A stretch of DNA of 64,000 bases from Minisyncoccota bacterium. Its GTDB lineage: Bacteria > Patescibacteriota > Minisyncoccia > Phycocordibacterales > UBA9973. How positions within the stretch are numbered: the stretch's first letter is position 1; the number at the start of each line of letters is the position of its first letter. The stretch spans positions 319,277 to 383,276 of the forward strand of contig JBAZKU010000001.1 in the NCBI GenBank assembly GCA_041650615.1. The letters run 5' to 3'. The notes beneath the pieces are model-generated. The model was given only the letters and a program-made list of their open reading frames with translations, had not been told where the DNA came from and ran no database searches. Made by a program: the position numbers and the translations under genes. Below, piece by piece: positions 42,970 through 52,924 of this stretch.

Positions 42970-44178
42970 CTAACTTATTCCCCCTGCAATATTATAAATC
43001 GGCAACAAAATAGAAACTAAGAGAATCCCTACACCTAAACCTAAAACCACAATCATAACCGGTTCAATCAACCCAACCAAGGTGTCAACCGCATCATCAA
43101 CTTCTCGTTTATAAAAATCCGCCAGAGTCTTTAAAATCTCCCCCAGTGAACCTGTCTCTTCCCCAATTTTAATCATTTGTACCATAATGCCCGGAACTTG
43201 CGCTTCATGTCTCCCAAAAGCGATTGAAAAAGGCATACCTGACTTTACCCCTTCTGCCACATCCTTTAAAATTTCCATATAAACTCTACTACCAACAACT
43301 TCGGAAGTAATGTCTATTGACCGAACAATCGGAACACCTGAAGTAAGCATTGTATCCATATTATCCGCTATTCTGGAAAGGTAAAGTTTCCTATAAAGAT
43401 TACCCACTGCCGGTATAGAGAGACGCATTTTATCAAGATATATCTTGCCTTTCTCTGTGGAGGATAATCTCCACAACCATAAACCCAAAAGTACCAAGAA
43501 AATAATAACCAGGAAACCATAATTTACGAAAAAATCCGACATTCCGATAATTATCTGGGTGTAGATTGGCGCTTCTTGCCCTGAATCAAGAATAATAGCC
43601 GAAAGTTTCGGAATGACGACAACAAACATAAGTCCCATAACTACAAAAAATGTAACAATAACAAATATTGGATAAATGAGAGCATTCCTTGTTTTGGAAG
43701 TAAGCGCATATTGGCGGTTTAAATAATTTGCCAAATGGTCGAAGGTTTCATTTAACTTACCGGTTTCTTCTCCCACCTTAACCATATTAACGTAAAAATT
43801 TGAAAAAATATCCGGGTGTTTTGCCAAAGCGCCTGAAATGGAAATTCCGGCTTGGAGATCATCGCCTATTTCTGTAAGTTTTCTTGACAAGATTTTATTT
43901 TCTGTATTAGCGGCAAGCATAGTAAAGGCTTTAAGGGCGGAAACTTGCGCTTCAAATAAAGTTGAAATCTGACGGGAAAGAATAACAATTTCTTTCATCG
44001 GCACTTTTTGAGTAAAAGAAAAAGAAAAAAAAGATTTCTTTTTCCCTTCATCTTGAATGGAGATAATAATAAGCCCCCTCCTTTGAAGCCCGCTTATGGC
44101 TATGTCGCGATTTGGCGCGTCAATTTCTCCTTCTTTACTTATCCCCTTATCATCTACTGCTTTGTATTTGAATAACAT
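42970..44178 (-). CDS. pilC: Type IV pilus assembly platform protein PilC (GspF family)
   Basis: 402 aa, duplicated GspF domains with 3 TM helices. Confidence 0.88.
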   Translation of the reverse strand: MLFKYKAVDDKGISKEGEIDAPNRDIAISGLQRRGLIIISIQDEGKKKSFFSFSFTQKVPMKEIVILSRQISTLFEAQVSALKAFTMLAANTENKILSRKLTEIGDDLQAGISISGALAKHPDIFSNFYVNMVKVGEETGKLNETFDHLANYLNRQYALTSKTRNALIYPIFVIVTFFVVMGLMFVVVIPKLSAIILDSGQEAPIYTQIIIGMSDFFVNYGFLVIIFLVLLGLWLWRLSSTEKGKIYLDKMRLSIPAVGNLYRKLYLSRIADNMDTMLTSGVPIVRSIDITSEVVGSRVYMEILKDVAEGVKSGMPFSIAFGRHEAQVPGIMVQMIKIGEETGSLGEILKTLADFYKREVDDAVDTLVGLIEPVMIVVLGLGVGILLVSILLPIYNIAGGIS

Positions 44179-44185
44179 AAAAAGA

Positions 44186-45244
44186 TTATATCATGCGCTC
44201 AAGACCTTTTGGATTGAGTGAAAATTGATAAGCGCTTTCTATGGTAATTTCTCCGGCGCGAACAAGTTCTGTAAGCGAATGGTTTAAATCTATCATTCCT
44301 GATTCTGCTCCTGTTTCTATTACAACATCAATTTCTTGTGTTCGCTTTTCACGAATCAAGTTGGAAACAGCATTATTATTTAATAATAATTCACAAGCAG
44401 GAATAAGCCCACCGGTAATTCTAGGTATAAGCCTTTGGGAAAAAATACCAAGCAAGCTGGAGGCAAGTTGTAGACGAATTTGATCCTGCTGACTGCCTGG
44501 GAAAGAATCAATAATCCTATCTATTGTTTGCGAAGCATTGTTGGTGTGTAAAGTTGAAAGTACAAGATGTCCGGTTTCGGCGGCGGTTACAGCCGTTGAA
44601 ATCGTTTCAGTGGTACGCATCTCGCCCACCATTATTACATTCACATCTTCTCTAAAAACTGACCTAAGCGCAGTATGAAAATCTTTGGTGTCAATACCGA
44701 CCTCACGCTGGTCAATTATTGATTTATTGGGAGTATAGATGTATTCAATCGGATCTTCAATCGTTATAATGTGGCGCGCTTGTTCATTGTTGATTAAGTT
44801 CACCATAGCTGATAACGTAGTTGACTTACCTTGCCCGACTGGGCCAACTACCAGAAAAAATCCCTGTTTTTTGCGAGCCAATTCCGCAATAATCGGAGGC
44901 AGATGCAGCTCTGAAAGAGATTTGACTTTAGGTACCAATCGAAGGGCAACACTGATTAGACCTTTTTGGAAAAAAGCATTACCTCTAAGGCGCACCTCTC
45001 CTCGAAAATCATAAGAAAAGTCTATTTCTTTGTCTTCTGTAAATTTGCTTAATTTCGTCTTATCCAAAATTTCAGTTAAAATACCAAGTACATCTTCTTT
45101 GTTTAAAACCGAATGCTTTAAGAGAAAAATGAGTTCTCCTGCTACTCGAATAGCCGGAACTTTTCCAACCCCTAAATGCAAATCCGAACCGCCTTCGCGG
45201 ATAACGGTTAAAATAAGTTCTTCAAATTCTTTTTTGTAATCCAT
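44186..45244 (-). CDS. pilT: Twitching-motility retraction ATPase PilT
   Basis: Walker A GPVGQGKSTT, Asp/His boxes, no N-terminal GspE-N domain, 352 aa. Confidence 0.88.
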   Translation of the reverse strand: MDYKKEFEELILTVIREGGSDLHLGVGKVPAIRVAGELIFLLKHSVLNKEDVLGILTEILDKTKLSKFTEDKEIDFSYDFRGEVRLRGNAFFQKGLISVALRLVPKVKSLSELHLPPIIAELARKKQGFFLVVGPVGQGKSTTLSAMVNLINNEQARHIITIEDPIEYIYTPNKSIIDQREVGIDTKDFHTALRSVFREDVNVIMVGEMRTTETISTAVTAAETGHLVLSTLHTNNASQTIDRIIDSFPGSQQDQIRLQLASSLLGIFSQRLIPRITGGLIPACELLLNNNAVSNLIREKRTQEIDVVIETGAESGMIDLNHSLTELVRAGEITIESAYQFSLNPKGLERMI

Positions 45245-45326
45245 CCTGTTATAAATTTACATTAAATTAATAATATTCAATCTATTATACCCCGTTTTTG
45301 ATAATTTCGTTATTTCTAAAAGGATT
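45243..45326 (-). promoter_or_regulatory. Conserved ~85-nt hairpin element immediately 5' of the pilT start codon (copy 1)
   Basis: Arms ATCCTGTTATAAAT (45243-56) / ATTTCTAAAAGGAT (45313-26) with internal CCCCGTTTTTG; strongly similar to element at 48907..48985; 3' arm (mRNA sense) overlaps the AUG. Confidence 0.5.
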
Positions 45327-45426
45327 CATGGTAATTCCCTGTCTACCTCTTAATTATATTACACAACAACCTTTAATAATAGTACTTTGTGGGCAACTTA
45401 TTCAACTTCGGGGTTTAAATAATAAT

Positions 45427-47178
45427 TTACTCATTCTCACTAATGAAATTGAAAACTTCTTTATATGGAATAATGCCATTTATGGCTTTTAACATAGCAT
45501 CTTCTCTCATCAAAAGCATTCCATCTTCACGAGCCACTTTATAAATTTCAGAATCAACTGGATTTTTAAGAATCACTTTCTGCATTTCTTTACCTATTTT
45601 AAACATTTCAAAAATAGCAATACGGCCACGAGTGCCCGATGGGCATTCGGAAGATGGCACTGTATCATACATTTGATCTTTGATCTCAATTTCCTTTTTG
45701 AATTCGTCCGGCAAATCTTTTAGTTCATCTTCGATTTGCAATTTAATACTCGGATCTATGGGGACAAGTCTTCTGGAGGCCGGACAGGTCATTCTGGCCA
45801 AGCGTTGAGCAACAGACAAAATAAGAGTCGGCGCTATAAGATATGGATCAACTCCCATGTCAATTAAGCGAGGAATCGCTCCGATAGCGCTATTTGTGTG
45901 CAGTGTCGATAAAACAAGGTGCCCGGTCAGCGCCGCTTGAATAGCAAGCTGGGCTGTCTCTTTGTCGCGTATCTCTCCAACCATTATCACATCCGGATCC
46001 TGGCGAAGGATAGAGCGCAATCCGGAAGCAAAAGTATATCCAATCTCGGGCATCATTTGAGACTGATTAATGTCGGGCATATGATATTCTACCGGATCTT
46101 CTAGGGAAACGATATTGCTTTTTTCTTTATCAAGTTCATTCATCATTGAATATAGAGTCGTAGATTTTCCAGACCCCGTCGGACCGGTAATCAAAATAAG
46201 TCCATAGGGTTTATCTATTGCTTCTCTAAGCATTTTAAGATTTCTTTTAGATAATCCTAATTGATCCAATGGCTTAACTCCTTTTTCCGAGTCCAAAATA
46301 CGTATCTCCACTTTTTCGCCATAATAAGCAGGCATGGTAGAAACACGAAAATCAATTTTATGTCCATCAAGACTGGTACTGAAAGATCCGTCTTGCGGTT
46401 TTCTTTTTTCATCCAAGCGCAACTTAGCTAAAATTTTTATGCGTGCTACTATCCCGTTGTAAACATTGGACGGTAAGATGATAGCTGTGTAAAGAATACC
46501 ATCCACTCGAAAACGTACTTTAACTTTTTCTCCCGTATTTTCTATATGTATATCTGAAGCATTGCCTTCTATGGCATTACGCAATATAACAGCAACAATT
46601 TTTATAACCGGGGCATCTTCTACTATCTTTGATTCTTCGTTTGCCTTTACATTTTTAATTTCATTATTTAAAGTATTTGCTTCATTTAAACTTTTCGCAT
46701 CTAAGGTTTCATCTTGTTTTAGTTCACCAAGCGCTTCTTCCACCTGAACAGATATCCCTTTATATGTTTCCATAATACTCTTGTAGTCACTGTTTGAAAT
46801 AAGAAAAATTTTAAAAGGAATACCCAGCTTAGCTGAAATAAATTGCAAGGCATCAAGCGCTTGCGTATTTTCTCCATCCAAAATACCAACTTCCAATACT
46901 CCTTCTTTGAATTGAATCGGAGCAAAATGGTAATGTGCGGCCGCATCTTCCGGAATATATTTCAAGGCATCAAAAGATGATTCTTCTGTGCTTATTTTTT
47001 TTATTGGTATTTGCAAATACTCCCCTTTTATCGCAAGTATTTTATCTTCTGGAATACCAAATTCAATAAGAGCTTCATCAATATCTCCGGCATGCTTTTC
47101 CTGGGCAAGATTTTTAATTTCACTTATTTGGCCCTTACTGATTGCGCCCTTTTTAACTAATTCTTCTAAAAAACTCAT
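45427..47178 (-). CDS. pilB: Type IV pilus assembly ATPase PilB (GspE family)
   Basis: N-terminal GspE-N domain, Walker A GPTGSGKSTT, Walker B/His box, 583 aa. Confidence 0.9.
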   Translation of the reverse strand: MSFLEELVKKGAISKGQISEIKNLAQEKHAGDIDEALIEFGIPEDKILAIKGEYLQIPIKKISTEESSFDALKYIPEDAAAHYHFAPIQFKEGVLEVGILDGENTQALDALQFISAKLGIPFKIFLISNSDYKSIMETYKGISVQVEEALGELKQDETLDAKSLNEANTLNNEIKNVKANEESKIVEDAPVIKIVAVILRNAIEGNASDIHIENTGEKVKVRFRVDGILYTAIILPSNVYNGIVARIKILAKLRLDEKRKPQDGSFSTSLDGHKIDFRVSTMPAYYGEKVEIRILDSEKGVKPLDQLGLSKRNLKMLREAIDKPYGLILITGPTGSGKSTTLYSMMNELDKEKSNIVSLEDPVEYHMPDINQSQMMPEIGYTFASGLRSILRQDPDVIMVGEIRDKETAQLAIQAALTGHLVLSTLHTNSAIGAIPRLIDMGVDPYLIAPTLILSVAQRLARMTCPASRRLVPIDPSIKLQIEDELKDLPDEFKKEIEIKDQMYDTVPSSECPSGTRGRIAIFEMFKIGKEMQKVILKNPVDSEIYKVAREDGMLLMREDAMLKAINGIIPYKEVFNFISENE

Positions 47179-47190
47179 AATTAATTTAGT

Positions 47191-47664
47191 TTAAGGAGTT
47201 GAAGGAGTTGAAGGAGTTGAAGGAGTTGAAGGAGTTGAAGGAGTTGAAGGAGTTGAAGGAGTTGAAGGATCGGCCGGTATTGGAAACTCTGAAAGATCTG
47301 CTGAAGAACTTGTAGTCGTAGACGGCGTAAGCACATCAGAACCAATCGGGGCAAAAGGATTTAATCTTCCTTTATCTACTGGAAGAGTAAGTAAAATACT
47401 GGAATCATGTAGATTGATAAAAGATTCATCAGAAAAAATAACATCGTTTAACCCTATATTGTTAACGCTCAATAGCACAGAAAGAAAATTCTGAGCAATT
47501 AAAGAATTTTGGTCTAAAGTTTCTGTACTTGTCGATGTTATATCTCCGGAGGAGGAAATCAAATTCTGTTCTTCTGGTGACTTTTTAATGAAGAAAATAT
47601 AAATCAGAACCAAGATGACCGCAATCGTTGCAAAAATTATTGTGTTTTTTATTTTTGGGGTCAT
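47191..47664 (-). CDS. Membrane-anchored pilus-cluster protein (PilP-like position) ending in (STP)8 repeat
   Basis: N-terminal TM; C-terminus PSTPSTPSTPSTPSTPSTPSTP directly before stop. Confidence 0.5.
   Translation of the reverse strand: MTPKIKNTIIFATIAVILVLIYIFFIKKSPEEQNLISSSGDITSTSTETLDQNSLIAQNFLSVLLSVNNIGLNDVIFSDESFINLHDSSILLTLPVDKGRLNPFAPIGSDVLTPSTTTSSSADLSEFPIPADPSTPSTPSTPSTPSTPSTPSTPSTP
47195..47266. repeat. Perfect tandem repeat, 8 x 9 bp (GGAGTTGAA), encoding (Ser-Thr-Pro)n on the minus strand
   Basis: Eight identical units at the extreme 3' end of CDS 47191..47664. Confidence 0.9.
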
Positions 47665-47665
47665 T

Positions 47666-48262
47666 TTAATTTTTAAGCCAATAAGTTTTAATTGCTAAAT
47701 CGTATTTGTAAGCCTCAGGTAAAGATGGGTTAAGTCCCATACTTGCATTTGAAGAAAATTGGATTGAAGATATATCCACAATTCTTAAATTATTTTCCAA
47801 ATCTTTCAAGAAGTTAATAAAATTATTATAAGTTCCCTGAGTAGAAAATTCCAAATTCCAAATTCCATAATTTTTATTTAAGGAAACTGCTCCTCCGTTT
47901 TGCGCAACTCCTGCCATTTCTGGTGTTGTATCATTGTTACTTGTCGTATCATATTTTATATCTTTTAATGTCATCCCGTAAGGCAACGCTATTTTTTCTA
48001 TTTCAAGAATTAAACGAATATTGTCAACGTTATCGGGTAAAAGTTTCTGGAGCTTAGATAAATCTTCCGGGTCAAATGAATTATATTTTTGGGTTAATCT
48101 GTCGCGTTGCGCTTCAAGAGCCTTAGAATTATCAAGCGCTTCATCGTAAGATGCTATTTGTTCCCTTTCTAAAGAAATACTATTATAAAGCGGACTGGTA
48201 AGTATAAAAAATCCCGCTATGGCAATTCCTATTAAAATGATTGGTAAAATATATTTAAACAT
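47666..48262 (-). CDS. pilO: Type IV pilus assembly protein PilO-like
   Basis: N-terminal TM then coiled-coil and C-terminal domain; position between pilN and pilB side of cluster. Confidence 0.55.
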   Translation of the reverse strand: MFKYILPIILIGIAIAGFFILTSPLYNSISLEREQIASYDEALDNSKALEAQRDRLTQKYNSFDPEDLSKLQKLLPDNVDNIRLILEIEKIALPYGMTLKDIKYDTTSNNDTTPEMAGVAQNGGAVSLNKNYGIWNLEFSTQGTYNNFINFLKDLENNLRIVDISSIQFSSNASMGLNPSLPEAYKYDLAIKTYWLKN

Positions 48263-48264
48263 AA

Positions 48265-48906
48265 TTAATTTAGCGCACTTCCGCTGTCAAGAAGTGTGCC
48301 GGAAAAATCTTCATTTGTGGCATCAAGCACTTTCTTGTAATTAACAAAATTTTGATCGACCGAAAAATTCAGATCAAAGGTGACATTACCTTTTTCATCA
48401 AGCGATAAATTTGAAAAAACAGGATCAATTATATTTTTATTTGTCGCAAAAAGATCTGCCTGAAGCGCAACAGATAAATAGCCTACAGCAATTCCGCTCA
48501 TATCCACTGCTATTTTTTGACTTTTACTATCATCAAAACTATAACTGAACTTGGTATAACTGACGGTTTTCATTGTAATTGCCTGAAGCGCGCTAAAAAT
48601 GGGAGAAACAGAAATATGGTTATTCAAAATTTGGTTTGCTGCATTTAAACGTTTATCTAAAACTTGGAGCTGAACTATTTTTGAAAGTTCAAAACGGCCT
48701 TCTGCTAAATTAAGATCATTTTCCATCTGTGTAATATTTTTCTTTAAAATTCCGTCATAAAAATACAGGGCGCCTGTCGCAATAATTACAGTAAAAAAAA
48801 TGAAAATAGAAACAACGGTAAAAAGACTGGTGGACTGCGATCCTGCCGCTCGCTCGGCTATTATCGGTTTTTTGGGTATAAAAGATGTTTGAAAATTTTG
48901 CTCCAT
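48265..48906 (-). CDS. pilN: Type IV pilus assembly protein PilN-like
   Basis: Short cytoplasmic N-terminus, single TM (LFTVVSIFIFFTVIIATGALYF), periplasmic coiled coil; immediately downstream of pilM. Confidence 0.6.
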   Translation of the reverse strand: MEQNFQTSFIPKKPIIAERAAGSQSTSLFTVVSIFIFFTVIIATGALYFYDGILKKNITQMENDLNLAEGRFELSKIVQLQVLDKRLNAANQILNNHISVSPIFSALQAITMKTVSYTKFSYSFDDSKSQKIAVDMSGIAVGYLSVALQADLFATNKNIIDPVFSNLSLDEKGNVTFDLNFSVDQNFVNYKKVLDATNEDFSGTLLDSGSALN

Positions 48907-48985
48907 CCCGTTAGAAATTTATTCTTAATTAATAATACTTCATTTCAGTATCCCGTTTTTCAATGTTTGCGTTATTTCTAACGGG
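48907..48985 (-). promoter_or_regulatory. Conserved hairpin element immediately 5' of the pilN start codon (copy 2)
   Basis: Perfect 12-bp inverted repeat CCCGTTAGAAAT (48907-18) / ATTTCTAACGGG (48974-85) with internal CCCGTTTTTC; mRNA-sense 3' arm ends exactly at the AUG. Confidence 0.55.
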
Positions 48986-49013
48986 ATCCATTTTGTTTAT
49001 TATATTATCTCAC

Positions 49014-50141
49014 TTATTGCAATTTTCGCAATGCTAAACCTAAAGCAACTGCAAATTCCGGGCCTGTGGTTTCAAGAACTTTCCCTAAAAACTCCGGCGC
49101 GCCAACTTTGGAAAAAGGGTGTCCTATTTCTATTTCTGCCTGAAAATTACTGGATGCCACTTCTTTTAATCCTTTTAGGAGAGATCCGCCGCCTGTAAAT
49201 ACCACCTTGCTAATGGTCTTGTTGTATTTCTTTTCATATCCTAATAATACATTATTCGTTTCTGAAAAGATATAATCAATGTGAACTTTAATGGTATCAG
49301 CCAGGTTTTTTTCAATAGGATTTTCAAAAAGACCGAATTCTTTTTTCATTTCTTCGGCTTTTGGAAACGGAATCCCAAGAGTTTGAGAAATAGAAGAAGA
49401 TATGTCCGCTCCTCCGCGGTTTATAGTGTGGTGGCTTTTTACCATACCAAATTCCACTAGAGAGAGCTTAGTACTTGACGCACCGAAATCTATCAAGAGC
49501 ACTAAGGAAAGTTCGTGTTCAAAATTTGCCCGAATAGAAGAAAAAATTTCAATCTCAAAAAATCCGGCTTCCAGGCTGCAATCTGAAACGATAGAACGAT
49601 ATTTTGAAACTGCATCATTTTGAATTGCTACTACAAGCACCTCCGTTTTTTCCGGCAACATAGCGGGTAAATCTGGATTATTCGCTTCTTCAAATGAAGA
49701 TTCCTTTTTAGGCAGGATAAAATAGTCAAGGGAAACTTCCGTGATGGGTAATGGAATATATTTGCGAGCTTCTGTCGGAATGATTGATGGCACTTCGCTT
49801 TCTTTAACTTGAGATGGAAGTAAAATGGTAAAAATCAGGCTTGATTGAACTGGGATAGAAAAGGCGCAAGAAACTGTCGTTACGCCGGATTGTTTTAAGA
49901 CTTCTTTTAAAGCTTCTACTACTTTTTCAACCGGCAGATTAGTGGTGCGCCCTATTTCCATGTCGGCATAAGGACCAAGAGCGATGGCCCCATAGGTTTC
50001 AAGAACCGCTCTTCCTCCTCTTTTTTTTATTTCAACTACTTTTATAGCAGAAGAACCGATGTCAATACCAACAGCGCTATCACTCTCCCCACCCCTAAAA
50101 AGATTTAAACCTGAAAGAAAGTTTTTAATTGGATTATCCAT
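49014..50141 (-). CDS. pilM: Type IV pilus assembly ATPase-like protein PilM (actin/FtsA fold)
   Basis: GIDIGSSAIKVVEI phosphate-1 motif, ...DFGASSTK..., 375 aa. Confidence 0.85.
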   Translation of the reverse strand: MDNPIKNFLSGLNLFRGGESDSAVGIDIGSSAIKVVEIKKRGGRAVLETYGAIALGPYADMEIGRTTNLPVEKVVEALKEVLKQSGVTTVSCAFSIPVQSSLIFTILLPSQVKESEVPSIIPTEARKYIPLPITEVSLDYFILPKKESSFEEANNPDLPAMLPEKTEVLVVAIQNDAVSKYRSIVSDCSLEAGFFEIEIFSSIRANFEHELSLVLLIDFGASSTKLSLVEFGMVKSHHTINRGGADISSSISQTLGIPFPKAEEMKKEFGLFENPIEKNLADTIKVHIDYIFSETNNVLLGYEKKYNKTISKVVFTGGGSLLKGLKEVASSNFQAEIEIGHPFSKVGAPEFLGKVLETTGPEFAVALGLALRKLQ

Positions 50142-50173
50142 TTTATTGAATTACGCTTATAATTATAACATAT

Positions 50174-50833
50174 ATGCATTTCTTAAACACTATATTAGAC
50201 ATAGTTTTCCCTGTGAATTGCGTTTCGTGTGAGAAAAGGGGTTCGGATTTATGCTTAAAATGCCTTTTAGGCTCTCCAGCCGCAGAACGAGAAAGCGCTA
50301 ATTGGATATTTCCATTATTTGACTATCGTCATTTGCCCATTAAGAAATCAATTTGGCTTTTAAAATACAAGGGTAAAAAAAGACTGGCTGGTATTTTTGC
50401 GGAGATTTTATATGAAAGAATTATAGAAGAACTTTCAGAATTAAGCCTAATGGAAAATTTTCGCCAGCCGGTTTTAATTCCCATTCCCCTCTCTAAAAAA
50501 AGATACAGGGAACGCGGATATAATCAGGCAGAATTAATTTGCAGAGAATTAATAAAAATAAATAATCTGCGCCATGGCGCAGATTTAAAATTAGAGAAAA
50601 ATATTTTAATAAAAATAAAAGAAACGGAACATCAAGCAAATATTAAAGACCGGAAGGATAGATTAAAAAATCTCGCTAATTCTTTTTCGGTAAAAAATTC
50701 CGAGCGGATAAAGGGCAAAAATATAATTTTAATAGACGATGTCACCACTACCGGAGCGACATTGGTTGAAGCCAAAAAAATATTAAAACAATCCGGCGCT
50801 AAAAAAGTAATCGCTTTCACCGTGGCGCATTAA
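50174..50833 (+). CDS. comFC: ComF-family protein (ComFC-like phosphoribosyltransferase domain with N-terminal Cys4 Zn finger)
   Basis: CVSCEKRGSDLCLKCL zinc ribbon; PRTase motif IILIDDVTTTGATL. Confidence 0.8.
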   Translation: MHFLNTILDIVFPVNCVSCEKRGSDLCLKCLLGSPAAERESANWIFPLFDYRHLPIKKSIWLLKYKGKKRLAGIFAEILYERIIEELSELSLMENFRQPVLIPIPLSKKRYRERGYNQAELICRELIKINNLRHGADLKLEKNILIKIKETEHQANIKDRKDRLKNLANSFSVKNSERIKGKNIILIDDVTTTGATLVEAKKILKQSGAKKVIAFTVAH

Positions 50834-50885
50834 AAAAACGGAAGCAAGGCTCCCGTTTTTGTAACACCAAATATTACATAACTAT

Positions 50886-51233
50886 TCATTCATTCATTTT
50901 ATATATTCGGCGGGTTAACACTCCGTACTGAGAACAAAACTCAACCTCAATGCTTTTTTCCTTAAACAAAAATATGGGATCTTTTACGTCCGGAACCCCC
51001 GAATAATAAACTCCGATATTTTTTGGTCCGCAATGCATAAAAATAAACCCTCTTTCTTCATTTCCTGAAGAAAATGTTATGCTCGGATTTTGGAATTTCC
51101 TTCCTAATTCTTTAGGGGGAGAATTTAGAATTTTTATTGTAACAGTAAAATAGTTACCGTTACACAAAAATTTAATAAGGGCATCCCCTATACGGCTCGC
51201 ATTTTGTTTGTCTAGTATCATCGACTTGCTCAT
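50886..51233 (-). CDS. Hypothetical protein
   Basis: 115 aa ORF with no recognisable motif. Confidence 0.35.
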   Translation of the reverse strand: MSKSMILDKQNASRIGDALIKFLCNGNYFTVTIKILNSPPKELGRKFQNPSITFSSGNEERGFIFMHCGPKNIGVYYSGVPDVKDPIFLFKEKSIEVEFCSQYGVLTRRIYKMNE

Positions 51234-51379
51234 TTAGACCTCCTTTAGGACTTTTATATGTCAAAGAAATAATTAATTTACTAATTAGATATTCTAAAGT
51301 TATAGTATATCACCTATCATGCAAATTGTTAAATACGTATAACCTTGCGAAGAAAGTCCTTATAATATAAGATAAAATT

Positions 51380-52132
51380 ATGCGAATAGTCATTAAGGTT
51401 GGTACTCAAGTCATTGCCAGTAAAAATGGCCTCAACCAGAAAAAAATAAGCAAACTTATCAAAGAAATTTCGTCATTATTGAAACGTGGGAATGAAGTTG
51501 TGCTTGTGACTTCCGGCGCTATCGGCGCGGGACTTCCTCAGGTTCCCTTCACCAATCCACACCGAAAAAAAATTGCTGCGGCCATTGGACAGCCTATTTT
51601 AATACACGACTATGTCCATGAAGCCAAGAAATATAAAATTTCAATCGGCCAAATTCTTATTTTGAGTGATGATTTTACTAATCATGAACGTTTCAAGAAT
51701 TTCGTTTTAAATATCAAAGCGATGCTTTCTCATGGTATTTTGCCTATCATAAACGAAAATGATGTTATGAAAACAGAAGATTTGACTATTGGAGATAATG
51801 ACATTCTCAGTGCTAAAGTTGCAACTGGACTTAAGGCGGATAAACTTTTGATTTTAACCAATCAAAAAGGGCTCCACACAAGCAATCCTGATCATAATAA
51901 AAATGCCAGACTTATAAAAAAAGTTACTAAGATCAACTCAAAAATTAAAAATCATTGCTCTCCGGGCAAATCCGATCTGGGTCTGGGGGGAATGCTTTCA
52001 AAAGTTCAAGCAGCAAAATATGCGACCCATCATGGAGTAGAAACGCTAATAGGTAATGGAAATGAAAAGGATATAATTATTTCAGCTTTGGGTAAAAATT
52101 TTTCCGGTACAAGGTTTATAGCCAAAAAATAA
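51380..52132 (+). CDS. proB: Glutamate 5-kinase (ProB, kinase domain only, no PUA)
   Basis: MRIVIKVGTQVIAS...VVLVTSGAIGAG amino-acid kinase fold motifs. Confidence 0.88.
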   Translation: MRIVIKVGTQVIASKNGLNQKKISKLIKEISSLLKRGNEVVLVTSGAIGAGLPQVPFTNPHRKKIAAAIGQPILIHDYVHEAKKYKISIGQILILSDDFTNHERFKNFVLNIKAMLSHGILPIINENDVMKTEDLTIGDNDILSAKVATGLKADKLLILTNQKGLHTSNPDHNKNARLIKKVTKINSKIKNHCSPGKSDLGLGGMLSKVQAAKYATHHGVETLIGNGNEKDIIISALGKNFSGTRFIAKK

Positions 52133-52133
52133 G

Positions 52134-52886
52134 ATGAAAATCAACGTCACAATCATAGGTTTTGGCACAATGGGCAGAGCTATAGCAAAAACACTTTTGA
52201 AGGATTCTTCAATCAAAATTTTTACTATTGATATAGATAAAAAAAACACAAGTGGTATTAAAAAATCCGACTTTATAATATTGGCTGTAAAACCACAAGA
52301 CGCGCAGGAAGCAATTAAGCAATTAATAAAATACGAATTGAATGAAAAAACAATATTAATTTCAATCATGGCTGGTTTTTCCATTAAAAAACTTCTTCGC
52401 TTCTCCGGCCATAAAAAAATTGTAAGAATGATGCCGAACTTAGGCATTTCTGTCGGGGCAGGAATTGCCGTTTGGAAGAAAATAGGTTTATCTAAATCAG
52501 AAACCAAAAAGACAAAAAATTTCATAAATAAAATAACCGAAAATTTTGAAGTAAAAGATGAAAATACTATAAATAAAGTTACAGCCATTTCCGGTAGTGG
52601 TCCGGCCTACTTTTTTCTTTTGGCGGATTGTTTAATTAAAGCTTCAGAAAATCTCGGGTTTACAAAAAATGAAAGCCAAAAACTTATTGAAAAAACTTTT
52701 TTGGCATCTGCTATATTAGGGAAGGATTCTGATTATTCCGCTCTTGTAAAAAAAGTTGCTTCCAAGGGTGGCACAACAGAGGCAGCGCTAAAAATTTTCA
52801 AAAATAAAAATTTTGATAAGATCGTGTCAAAAGCCGTTCTCGCCGCTTATAAAAGAGCTAAGGAAATTTCCCTAAGTCGGACATAG
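52134..52886 (+). CDS. proC: Pyrroline-5-carboxylate reductase (ProC)
   Basis: Rossmann IGFGTMGRAIA; C-terminal dimerisation region SGSGPAYFFLLADCL...GGTTEAAL. Confidence 0.85.
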   Translation: MKINVTIIGFGTMGRAIAKTLLKDSSIKIFTIDIDKKNTSGIKKSDFIILAVKPQDAQEAIKQLIKYELNEKTILISIMAGFSIKKLLRFSGHKKIVRMMPNLGISVGAGIAVWKKIGLSKSETKKTKNFINKITENFEVKDENTINKVTAISGSGPAYFFLLADCLIKASENLGFTKNESQKLIEKTFLASAILGKDSDYSALVKKVASKGGTTEAALKIFKNKNFDKIVSKAVLAAYKRAKEISLSRT

Positions 52887-52913
52887 GGGAATTCCCCTAT
52901 GTCCGACTTAGGG
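52870..52913 (+). promoter_or_regulatory. 44-nt perfect palindrome spanning the proC stop codon and abutting the proA SD
   Basis: CCCTAAGTCGGACATAGGGGAATTCCCCTATGTCCGACTTAGGG; proC TAG at 52884-86 lies in the 5' arm, GGGGAG SD of proA overlaps the 3' arm; no U-run. Confidence 0.6.
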
Positions 52914-52924
52914 GAGAAAATAAT

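Noticed and set aside
51234-51379. T-box or other riboswitch leader upstream of proB
   Set aside because: Leader is only ~146 nt with no recognisable T-box or specifier features; too short for a T-box.
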